From a virus, in the IMG/VR virus record IMGVR_UViG_3300025133_007837, positions 32,001-96,000 of that record: a stretch of DNA of 64,000 nucleotides. The stretch is one strand, 5' to 3'. Under the pieces are notes generated by a model. That model was not told where the DNA came from. It worked only from the letters and a program-made list of their open reading frames with translations, and ran no database searches. This document shows positions 48,296 through 55,888 of this stretch, one piece after another; positions within the stretch are counted from its first letter, which is position 1, and each line of letters begins with the position of its first letter. A program made the translations under genes and the position numbers.

Positions 48296-48730
48296 TCACG
48301 CCTTTACGGCGTCCCAGTCGCTTAAGTCTTCAGCCGAAATCGAAAGCTCTTCGTGAATGTTGAGTTCCGGCGTACGCATTTTGTGCGTGTACAGTTCTTG
48401 CGTGTACGGAATGGAGTCGATGAATTCCTTTGCCCAATCGACCGCCAAGAAGTCTGCTCCGCCCTTCTTGCCCTTAAAGACTTCGCCGCCGAGGTCTTGG
48501 ATGCAGCGCGTGCGGTAGATGTCGAGAACAGCTTTGCTGAAGCGTTTCTCGTCTGTCCAGAATACAGCCAGCTTGTCCGTGCGCCAGTCAAGCTCGCCGT
48601 TCGTAGCCATCCAGTTGTAGAAGGCGTAGTAACGTCTCGTCATCTCCTCTTGGTCGCTGCCCTCCATGCCGATGATCAGGCTGTCCTCGTCGATAACCTG
48701 CCGATAGTAGTTTATTTTTTCGCTAAACAT
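48296..48730 (-). CDS. hypothetical protein (GC-rich coding)
   Basis: ORF with promoter at about 48808 and a leader hairpin GCTGCT-GGGGAAA-AGCAGC. Confidence 0.7.
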   Translation of the reverse strand: MFSEKINYYRQVIDEDSLIIGMEGSDQEEMTRRYYAFYNWMATNGELDWRTDKLAVFWTDEKRFSKAVLDIYRTRCIQDLGGEVFKGKKGGADFLAVDWAKEFIDSIPYTQELYTHKMRTPELNIHEELSISAEDLSDWDAVKA

Positions 48731-48916
48731 TTGTTTTTTAGTTTTTCAATTGCTGCTTTTCCCCAGCAGCGATAAGAGTATTATTGCATATTTTAGAGCT
48801 AAAGTCAAGTCTTTTTTTATCTTTTTATATAGTCGTTTAGCCAGAACACAACAAAAATTGATAGAACGAAAAGTATGATACCCATTTCTTTATAATATAG
48901 GAAACTTGACGGGCTG

Positions 48917-49552
48917 TCAATGTTTTTTGTAGTCAATGTTTTCGACTGTTTCATCCCAACAGGCTCGACAGTCTTTGCAGCTATTGTCTTGCTTTGGTGC
49001 TGGGCAGGTAAAACTTTCGTCAGTTTTCGCTCCGCTCGTGGTCAAGCCTAAACGACTTGCCAAGGCGGTTGGCGGTGCGCCGTCCATCATAATTGCAGAC
49101 AATCGAATGATAAGATTGTCAGGCTTACGGCCTAGTTTCATCCATTCGCTGACAAAGGAGTATTCCCTAGTCGGCAGCCAAAATTTAATGTGAGGCAACC
49201 GCCTTGCAACCTCTGCAATCTTTTCGAGATGCCAAACGCCCTGAACGTCACCAGCATCATGCCAACGAAAAAAGCCAGTCTTTTCCCTTTTCCCGATCAT
49301 AAAAACCATCATGTCCACCCAATCAATTTGGTCTAATGATTTAAGCCGTTTCTTTTGCGCGGCCTTTACGTTAGGAAAAACATAACGTCCTTTGCGAGCG
49401 TAGCAAAAAGAACAAATCGAATTGATAACCTCGACCAACTTCGAACCCCTGATACAGTCCTCTGCTGGTGTGCTGTAACTAAAGCCGGGCATCTTCGACG
49501 GCACGGAAAGTGAACCAACGCGCCCCTCTGCAAGTTTGATAGTAAGTCTCAT
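48917..49552 (-). CDS. phage Gp88-like protein (radical-SAM-like Cys motifs)
   Basis: SKMPG, ICSFCYA.KGRY, FFRWHDAGD, FWLPTRE, IIRLS, CPA...CKDCRACW. Confidence 0.75.
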   Translation of the reverse strand: MRLTIKLAEGRVGSLSVPSKMPGFSYSTPAEDCIRGSKLVEVINSICSFCYARKGRYVFPNVKAAQKKRLKSLDQIDWVDMMVFMIGKREKTGFFRWHDAGDVQGVWHLEKIAEVARRLPHIKFWLPTREYSFVSEWMKLGRKPDNLIIRLSAIMMDGAPPTALASRLGLTTSGAKTDESFTCPAPKQDNSCKDCRACWDETVENIDYKKH

Positions 49553-49587
49553 AACGCGAAAGAGTATAGCAGATTAAGCCTCACTTG

Positions 49588-49830
49588 TCAAGCCCATAAT
49601 TTAGCCCAACCCTCAGGGCTGTATCCGCTGGCTACGAACTCCCTATCATCCGCACTTAAAGACTTAAGCGCAACCTGTAGCAGCTCGCCCTGATTCAAGT
49701 CCCAAAGCTCATGCCCTAATATTGTCACACTATAGGGCTTGCCGGTTCCCCGACACGGGCCGGTGAATGTATAGGTTCCCTCTGTGTGGTTCTGCTCGTA
49801 AGTGCAGTTTGTATGTATATAACGTCCCAT
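49588..49830 (-). CDS. hypothetical protein
   Basis: Own promoter; LSADDREF..SG..PEGW. Confidence 0.7.
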   Translation of the reverse strand: MGRYIHTNCTYEQNHTEGTYTFTGPCRGTGKPYSVTILGHELWDLNQGELLQVALKSLSADDREFVASGYSPEGWAKLWA

Positions 49831-49858
49831 AACGCGAAACAGTATACCAGATTAAAGG

Positions 49859-49978
49859 CTACTTGTCAAGCCCTTTTTTTCTATCATATGACCCTTTTCC
49901 CCTTTTAGGTTTGTGTACGCGCTCGCCTGTGTTCCACTTGACGCGCTTTCGAATAATAGGTTTCCTTTTCTCACTCAC
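49859..49978 (-). CDS. 39-aa ArfA-like basic peptide
   Basis: MSEKRKPIIRKRVKWNTGERVHKPKRGKGSYDRKKGLDK; GTG start 7 nt after TTGACA-17-TACTAT. Confidence 0.65.
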   Translation of the reverse strand: MSEKRKPIIRKRVKWNTGERVHKPKRGKGSYDRKKGLDK

Positions 49979-50030
49979 TTTATTAATAGTAACACAAATT
50001 TTGCGACATGTCAAGTATTTTTTTTATGTT

Positions 50031-50106
50031 ATAAGTCGTTGAGCATCAAGGACTTACGCGCGGGGGGGAGGCCGCGGCCGTAACTCTCTGATTACCAAGG
50101 ACTTAG
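50031..50106 (+). repeat. 76-bp double-palindrome element, copy 3
   Basis: Identical to copy 2 over the internal 74 bp. Confidence 0.92.
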
Positions 50107-50114
50107 GACAAGAG

Positions 50115-50157
50115 AAAACCCCCCACCAAGGAAAACCAAAAACCTCGGCAGGGGGGT
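50115..50157 (-). terminator. intrinsic terminator
   Basis: G/C-rich stem with G-U pairs (CCCCCC..CCGAGG/CCTTGG..GGGGGG) followed by a T-tract on the minus strand. Confidence 0.7.
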
Positions 50158-50159
50158 CA

Positions 50160-50395
50160 CGTTATGAGTGAAAAGTATTTAGGAAACCTGTTACATTTTT
50201 TGAAGTGCTACTTCTAACTAGGTGCTAACGTAGGTAGTATTTAGGTTTCCTAAGTTTCGAGTTGCTGCCGCACCACCAACAGTAAAACGGGCGTGTGAAA
50301 TCTGGCTGGATTCTAGCACACAGGGGTATTTAACTCCGTCAACTCTAAATCGTTCTGACTGTCACGCTGCGTTTAAAGCGTAGCGTCAGATTGGG
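50160..50395 (-). ncRNA. candidate multi-stem ncRNA or structured 3' UTR
   Basis: No ORF in the track; stems TCTGAC/GTCAGA, GTGTG/CACAC, GTTG-G-TG/CA-G-CAAC, TTAGGAAACCT/AGGTTTCCTAA. Confidence 0.5.
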
Positions 50396-50398
50396 TAG

Positions 50399-50611
50399 CT
50401 AGATCGCTACCGTGCTGTTAATTCTATCCCAGCGGAATCGCTTCCACAATCCAGAATCGGCATCTTTTGCAGCCATGCCAGCGGAATTGTCGTTCTCGCT
50501 TCGGTTTGCGAACTGTTCATCCATTTCTACGCGGTAGAAAAAGGATTTGCTGCTGTCGTTTTCCTGTCCTTCATGGACAGCCGGTGTATAGTTTATTAGG
50601 AACTTCTTCAT
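50399..50611 (-). CDS. small protein with a WYL-like C-terminal motif
   Basis: D.DSGLWKRFRWDRI; start set at ATG 50611. Confidence 0.5.
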   Translation of the reverse strand: MKKFLINYTPAVHEGQENDSSKSFFYRVEMDEQFANRSENDNSAGMAAKDADSGLWKRFRWDRINSTVAI

Positions 50612-50691
50612 AACTTTGTTTTTTATTTGTTTTTTATTCTTCTTATTTCTCACTTCCAATAAATTAAGTATACCACAAACTGCACTACAAG

Positions 50692-51042
50692 TCAAGCCTT
50701 TTTAACAAATATTTCTTTGTTTTTGATAAAAACCTTCTCATAAATACCACGCATCTCATTACCCTTAAGATCAACAAAAAAGTCATTCTTATAAGGGTTG
50801 TACTTGACAAGCTCAAACTCCTCGACAGTACCATTGCCAAAGCTTTGCTTGCTGGCCAAGTCACCAGCGACGTAAGCGTGAACGTTTTTACGTTTGGTCT
50901 TCCGTACCTTGGCTAGTCCTGCTGGCTGAACATGGAACTTCACGTTTTCCAGCGCGACAATATCAGCGTGTTTAATGACTTTGCCTCTATTACGAACCGA
51001 GAGGCGTTTCTTATGTAGATTGTAGTAAACCTGTACTCTCAT
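50692..51042 (-). CDS. phage hypothetical protein
   Basis: VYYNLHKK..SVR, RKNVHAYV.G, YNPYK; own promoter. Confidence 0.75.
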   Translation of the reverse strand: MRVQVYYNLHKKRLSVRNRGKVIKHADIVALENVKFHVQPAGLAKVRKTKRKNVHAYVAGDLASKQSFGNGTVEEFELVKYNPYKNDFFVDLKGNEMRGIYEKVFIKNKEIFVKKA

Positions 51043-51066
51043 AACTTTTATTAGTATAACACGAAC

Positions 51067-51324
51067 TTAAGCACTTGTCAAGCACTCATGCCAATATTCA
51101 TTGATCTCTTTTCGGAGTTCGTACTCGTCGAGTCGATTGCTCCAGCACTCACGCATGAAGTCATCAAAGCCGGGGTCTTTCGTCAACGAGGCAACGATAC
51201 CTGAGTATCTTTCGTGTTCAGACTCTATGTTATAGAGTTTAATCATGAGGTCATCACAAAACTCTTCCCAGCTAGTATTTAATATCGATATAATAGATCT
51301 TCTTTCCCTAACAACCATAAGCAT
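51067..51324 (-). CDS. hypothetical protein
   Basis: Own promoter TTGACA-17-TATGAT. Confidence 0.6.
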   Translation of the reverse strand: MLMVVRERRSIISILNTSWEEFCDDLMIKLYNIESEHERYSGIVASLTKDPGFDDFMRECWSNRLDEYELRKEINEYWHECLTSA

Positions 51325-51409
51325 ATCATAGCATAAAATACGAAATATGTCAAGACTAAATACGACAAATATAGATTTTTTTTTCGTTTATAGATTTTTT
51401 TTCGTTTGC

Positions 51410-51485
51410 GTAAGTTACTGACTGTCAAGGAGTTACGGGTGGGGGTGGGGCCGCGAGCCTAAGTCATTGGTAATCAACGACTTAG
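51410..51485 (+). repeat. 76-bp double-palindrome element, copy 4
   Basis: GTAAGTTACTGACTGTCAAGGAGTTAC-22bp-CTAAGTCATTGGTAATCAACGACTTAG. Confidence 0.9.
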
Positions 51486-51644
51486 GAGATCACTAATTGA
51501 CCCGAACCCACGATTAAAAGCCACGCGCTCGGTGCGCGCCTTCCTGACCCGCTGACGCTCCACCTTGGCGGCGGTAGCGTTAGCCCGTTCCCGTTTCCAA
51601 TTCTCAACATTTTTGAGAATGGTCTCATTAGTATTTTGAGGCAT
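51474..51644 (-). CDS. 56-aa basic protein whose stop codon lies inside element copy 4
   Basis: Hand-translated MPQNTNETILKNVENWKRER...SDLLSR*. Confidence 0.55.
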   Translation of the reverse strand: MPQNTNETILKNVENWKRERANATAAKVERQRVRKARTERVAFNRGFGSISDLLSR

Positions 51645-51697
51645 AAATTTAAAAGAGCGTCACGCTGCGTTTAAAGCGTAGCACTCAAAACGACGGC

Positions 51698-51997
51698 TCA
51701 AAAGCCATCGTTGTAATCGTCGTAGCAACCGTAGTCCTCGTCGGTTCCCCAACCCGCGCTGGCCAACGCATCTGCGTCAGCTTCGGCGTCGGAGTTGAAG
51801 CCGTCCCAAGGCTCGTCTGCCTCGGAGTCGCCAGACTCCTCAAATGACCAGACCGTTTCTGTCTCGCCATCACGTTCGCGCATTACGTCGGCGTTGATGC
51901 CGTTGGCGAACTCAATCGCGTCCTCAAGCCCGTCATGGCTCACGTCGAACATACGGAACAAACCGTCCTCATCCTTAACGTAGTAGTGGTTATTCAT
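51698..51997 (-). CDS. highly acidic phage protein
   Basis: DADALASAGWGTDEDYG; D/E-rich; own promoter. Confidence 0.75.
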   Translation of the reverse strand: MNNHYYVKDEDGLFRMFDVSHDGLEDAIEFANGINADVMRERDGETETVWSFEESGDSEADEPWDGFNSDAEADADALASAGWGTDEDYGCYDDYNDGF

Positions 51998-52292
51998 GTT
52001 ATTATTTCTCTCACTCACTGGTAAAATGGTATCACACTTTAGGGACAAAGTCAAGCCCTTTTTCAACTTTTTTTTCACTTTTTTTTCGCGGAACAAACGC
52101 CTTGCTGACTGGCTCCTCGCGTGGGATAAATGGGTGCTTTTTCTTTGCGACTTCTGCGAGAGCGTGTGGCGACCACCGCGCTCCGTAAACCTTGGACATT
52201 GTTTTTTCGTTGTTCATTCTCTCACTCACTGGGAATATGATAGCACACTTTGCCGAGGATGTCAACACCTTTTTTCACTTTTTTTTCATGTC

Positions 52293-52368
52293 GTAAGTCG
52301 TTGACTATCAGTGACTTGCGCGGCGCAAGGGGGTGGCTACCCTAAGTTCCTGATACTCAGAGGCTTAG
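52293..52368 (+). repeat. 76-bp double-palindrome element, copy 5
   Basis: GTAAGTCGTTGACTATCAGTGACTTGC-22bp-CTAAGTTCCTGATACTCAGAGGCTTAG. Confidence 0.88.
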
Positions 52369-52381
52369 CAATAGTAAAATC

Positions 52382-52556
52382 TTATTTCTTACCGAAACAA
52401 GTGGGGCAAGACTCAAAAAATTTACACCAACAAACCTCTTCGGCGTCCTGCGCGAAAACAGCCTCGTCCTGCCATTCATCACACACCGCATCAAACTCTG
52501 CCCGCGCTTGCGGATCAGCCTCGAAAACCTCCTCACAACTAATCATATCTCTCATA
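52382..52556 (-). CDS. small acidic Cys-rich protein (start approximate)
   Basis: MRDMISCEEVF...CWCKFFESCPTCF; lies with its promoter between copies 5 and 6. Confidence 0.55.
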
Positions 52557-52620
52557 ACAGAAAACAGTATAACACAAACGACGAGAATGTCAACACTTTT
52601 TTTACTTTTTTTTTCATAGC

Positions 52621-52696
52621 GTAAGTTGTTTACCATCAAGGAGTTACACGCGGCATAGGGGCCGCGGCCCTAACTTGTTCTGGATCAGTTACTTAC
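52621..52696 (+). repeat. 76-bp double-palindrome element, copy 6
   Basis: GTAAGTTGTTTACCATCAAGGAGTTAC-22bp-CTAACTTGTTCTGGATCAGTTACTTAC. Confidence 0.85.
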
Positions 52697-52702
52697 AACT
52701 CA

Positions 52703-52972
52703 TCAGAAAAGATCGAAGTTGAACGGGACGAGAAGAGCTTTATCGAACCAAGTTTGTGGGACGACTTTACACTCTACATCTTCAAGCCATGCGTTCGTGT
52801 GGCGCGATGTCGTTTGGCTGAATTTGTCTTCGCAACGGTAGTATGTCGTGCCAATCTTGGCAGCAACAGGCGTTCCGTAAGAGAAGAAAAAAACAGCGTG
52901 TTTTGCTCTGTCCGATAGTCTATCATTGAAGTGGACTTCGGTTTGGTTTGTTGCTATTAGTTTTAGTCTCAT
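52703..52972 (-). CDS. phage hypothetical protein
   Basis: FFSYGTPVAA...SQTTSRH.N.W; own promoter. Confidence 0.75.
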   Translation of the reverse strand: MRLKLIATNQTEVHFNDRLSDRAKHAVFFFSYGTPVAAKIGTTYYRCEDKFSQTTSRHTNAWLEDVECKVVPQTWFDKALLVPFNFDLF

Positions 52973-53015
52973 TAGATAAAGTATAACAGTTTATTGTTTA
53001 AAAGTCAAGCGTTTT

Positions 53016-53747
53016 TTAGGTTTCGTGACAGTCGCACTCTTCGCAAATGACGCCCCAGTCGTATGGGTTGCCCCATTCTCGGACTTCGTTTTCTTTGCTG
53101 TCTTCTGCTTCGCATAGATCGCAAGTCAGCACCTTACCCGTGAAGCGGTCAAGTGTTTGCCCTGCTTCGTTTGTTTTGTATATCTTCTTTTCCATTTTAG
53201 TAATTATCTTTGTGAAATCTACCCTTGGGCGATCTATCCTCAAAGCACTTGGTTATCTCAACGACTTGGAGAATGTCTCCGTATTTTGTCGTGTTGTTAA
53301 CTTTTTGTTCAAGGAACTGGTCAGTCATCTCCTGCTTGGTTGTACCAAGCGGGAAAGTGTTACCCATAATTGAATCACAGGTGGCAAGGTAATGATTGCC
53401 CGTGTAGTTAGGGTTTCGCTTCACCTTAAAGGTGGCATTCAGGAAGTTTATGTATTCTTTATTATCTCTCATAACGCAATTAGTATAGCAGATTTTCGGT
53501 AAAAGTCAAGCTTTATTTCACTTTTTTATTCGCATTCGTGGCATTGGAACCAATCGGTGTCAGTCCATTCATTGGCCTCTTCGCGGCTAATGCGAAGCTC
53601 TTCGCCGCATCCGCAGCAGGACACCAGCACCTTGTCGGTGGTCACTTGGCCATTGTCGATTGGGTGAACTATTTCGTTAGTATTCATATTCATTGTATTT
53701 CTCTCACTCACTGGATATAGCTTACCAGAAAAATCGGTAAAAGTCAA
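53016..53747 (-). other. three small hypothetical CDSs (ending at 53016, 53197 and 53526), two with CxxC pairs
   Basis: ORF track; promoters at about 53509 and 53747. Confidence 0.55.
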
Positions 53748-53784
53748 GCACTATTTTCACTTTTTTTTACTTTTTTTTATTACT

Positions 53785-53860
53785 GTAAGTTACTGATAAT
53801 CAAGGACTTACGAGCGCCGGAAGGGCCGCGGCCGTAACTTATTGATTACCAAGCAATTAC
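53785..53860 (+). repeat. 76-bp double-palindrome element, copy 7
   Basis: GTAAGTTACTGATAATCAAGGACTTAC-22bp-GTAACTTATTGATTACCAAGCAATTAC. Confidence 0.9.
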
Positions 53861-54157
53861 AACTCTAAAGAAACACTTTTCTGGCGGCAACTCTTTCCAA
53901 GTCCAGTAAGGCGAAGTCATCGACATTTTGTAAGTTCCGAGATGGACTAAATCTTTCCATTTTCTTAAATCTTCAGAATATTGCAATTTATACATTATAA
54001 ATGGTTCAAGATTCGTTAATTCAAAATAGATACCGCTTTCTAAACCATAAGCATTACCATTTGGCAAAACCTTTTGTTGAACAGGAACAATCTTTAAAGT
54101 CGGGTTAGCATTTAAGCTAACAGAGAATAAGAATAGAAAAAGGATAATTTTTTTCAT
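53846..54157 (-). CDS. exported hypothetical protein; stop codon inside element copy 7
   Basis: Signal peptide; YKLQYSEDLRKW...FFRV C-terminal pattern. Confidence 0.65.
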   Translation of the reverse strand: MKKIILFLFLFSVSLNANPTLKIVPVQQKVLPNGNAYGLESGIYFELTNLEPFIMYKLQYSEDLRKWKDLVHLGTYKMSMTSPYWTWKELPPEKCFFRVVIAW

Positions 54158-54679
54158 TTAGAGTTTATAGAATGCGTGTTGACCAATCACCTTAACGGGC
54201 TTCTGTCCCTTGGCCCAGTAAGGCTTCTTTTTCATCCATGTGGCATGGTAGTGGTTAGCATAGCCAACATAGTCACGGCTCAACAGCTTAACACTCTTGG
54301 CCAAGCGTAGTGCGTACTTGGCTTGCGGTGTCTTGAGTAGATGCTCAAGGCTCTTGATGCTCTTGCCATTCCAGCAACTGAATTGCCATTTGGCACGGCA
54401 TACCTGCTCTGGTGTCTGGTGTCGCTCCATTGCTCGCTGTGCTATAACAGCAGCCACGGCATACATGCCCTTGTTGCCTTCGCCTCTAGCTTCTGCCAGT
54501 ATGGTGATGGCTACTACCTTATGCTCTTGCGTATGCTCTTGCCCTGCTACCTTGCATATGGTAGCCATGCCCCATAGTACAGCAAGCACGATGAGTAGCT
54601 TCTCTACTGTATAGTTTTGATGTCCGTATTTCATTAGGTTTGGTTTCTTGTATTTCATTTGACTTAACTCCAATTCCAT
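54158..54679 (-). CDS. SleB/Hydrolase_2 cell wall hydrolase
   Basis: ILAEARGEG, AVAAVI..R, QFSCWN, NHYHA, PYWA, IGQHAFY. Confidence 0.88.
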   Translation of the reverse strand: MELELSQMKYKKPNLMKYGHQNYTVEKLLIVLAVLWGMATICKVAGQEHTQEHKVVAITILAEARGEGNKGMYAVAAVIAQRAMERHQTPEQVCRAKWQFSCWNGKSIKSLEHLLKTPQAKYALRLAKSVKLLSRDYVGYANHYHATWMKKKPYWAKGQKPVKVIGQHAFYKL

Positions 54680-54855
54680 TCTGGTGCGTTTCCTTTGTAT
54701 GGCTTACTCAAGCGGATTGCTTCGAGTGCCTCATTAACCAGACGCTTATGGTTGCGTGCTTGTGTTTGTGCTGCCTCAAGACGCTTGAGCGCGTCAGGCT
54801 TGGGCTTACTTATCATCTTTCTGGCCATTTGGTATGCTGTCATTCTCTCACTCAC
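54664..54855 (-). CDS. hypothetical protein
   Basis: Own promoter; GTGAGTGAGAGA leader. Confidence 0.6.
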   Translation of the reverse strand: MSERMTAYQMARKMISKPKPDALKRLEAAQTQARNHKRLVNEALEAIRLSKPYKGNAPEWNWS

Positions 54856-54909
54856 TTGTTATATGGTATCAGATTTTAGGCTAAAAGTCAAGCTTTATTT
54901 TCATCTTTT

Positions 54910-55143
54910 TTACCCTTGGTAACGGTAGCTTCCCAGTAGATCACCGCCCCAACCGGAGGCGATCTCTTGGCCGTCTCTTTCCAGCACCCATGGCCACATG
55001 TTGCCGTCAGCCTCTTGGGCTAGTTCGAGGGCTGCGTCCATTGCTGAATGGTCTTTGCCTTCTTCGCCTGTGAACTTCTTGCTGCTCACGCGGTTGGTAT
55101 CTTCGTTCTTCCAACTTAATTCGTATAACATCTTATCTCTCAT
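54910..55143 (-). CDS. acidic hypothetical protein
   Basis: Own promoter TTGACT-17-TATACT; start set at ATG 55143. Confidence 0.6.
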   Translation of the reverse strand: MRDKMLYELSWKNEDTNRVSSKKFTGEEGKDHSAMDAALELAQEADGNMWPWVLERDGQEIASGWGGDLLGSYRYQG

Positions 55144-55218
55144 AACTGGATATAGTATAGCACAATCCCCGCAAAAGTCAAGCGTTATTTTCATTTTTTT
55201 AAAAAAAGTTTTAGTGTC

Positions 55219-55295
55219 GTAAGTCATTGAGTATCAGAGACTTACAGCGGCGGGCAGGGTGAGCCTCGCTAACTCTTTGAGGCTTAGTGGTTTAC
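55219..55295 (+). repeat. double-palindrome element, copy 8 (23-bp spacer)
   Basis: GTAAGTCATTGAGTATCAGAGACTTAC-23bp-CTAACTCTTTGAGGCTTAGTGGTTTAC. Confidence 0.82.
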
Positions 55296-55296
55296 G

Positions 55297-55488
55297 TTAG
55301 TCTTCGCAAAGACCTTCGTAGCCGAACCACCCACAGTCCTCCTCCACCGGCGAGGCGAAGTCGTGCTGCTGCATCTCTCGTGGGTCGATGCGATACCCGT
55401 CGTGCGAACCCTCAACGGGCGTGACGACCTGTTTGTCATCCTGCGCGTTGAGCCAATCGATGTGTTGGTTCTTCATTCTATCCCTCAT
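55297..55488 (-). CDS. acidic hypothetical protein, first gene of the minus-strand island
   Basis: Promoter TTGACA-17-TATCAT; stop 2 nt from copy 8. Confidence 0.6.
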   Translation of the reverse strand: MRDRMKNQHIDWLNAQDDKQVVTPVEGSHDGYRIDPREMQQHDFASPVEEDCGWFGYEGLCED

Positions 55489-55888
55489 AACTGGTAAAAT
55501 GATAGCACAGGTTGAGACATATGTCAACAATAAAGTGGGGGTATTTATGAAAAAAAACACGACACAATAGTCTTGACACGACGGGGGTGGCCCTTTTTTC
55601 AGTCTCCCCGAGCCTTCTAAGGGTTTCTAATTTACAACTTCGAAAAAATCCGCGGCTATATATAGAAAAAAAGCGCTTCTGATATATAAAATGTGTAAAA
55701 GTTGATATGACGCCTTTTGTAGACCCGGAGATAGTCAAAGATGCCGAAGAAAAAGATCTAGAACGGGTTATAATAAAAGGGGAGAGAGTGCTTGAAGTTT
55801 GCACCAATCCAAAATGCTTCGAAGACACATGTAAAGGTGAATGTGAATACAGTGAAGACGAGTAATACAAGTGCAGAAAGGATAAATA

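Noticed and set aside
51371-51407. ATAGATTTTTTTT(T)CGTTT tandem duplication
   Set aside because: Short low-complexity slippage in an A-tract; no independent significance.
46588-55295. CRISPR array interpretation of the 27-bp repeats
   Set aside because: Units come in pairs separated by hundreds to thousands of bp of genes, the inner spacers resemble each other, and no cas operon is present.
46588-55295. Classical integron attC array
   Set aside because: No IntI was recognised, the ends are not RYYYAAC/GTTRRRY, and the cassettes carry their own promoters; kept only as an analogy.
47534-55570. Plus-strand ORFs within the island (e.g. 48353-48775, 54297-54614)
   Set aside because: Antisense to promoter-supported minus-strand genes.
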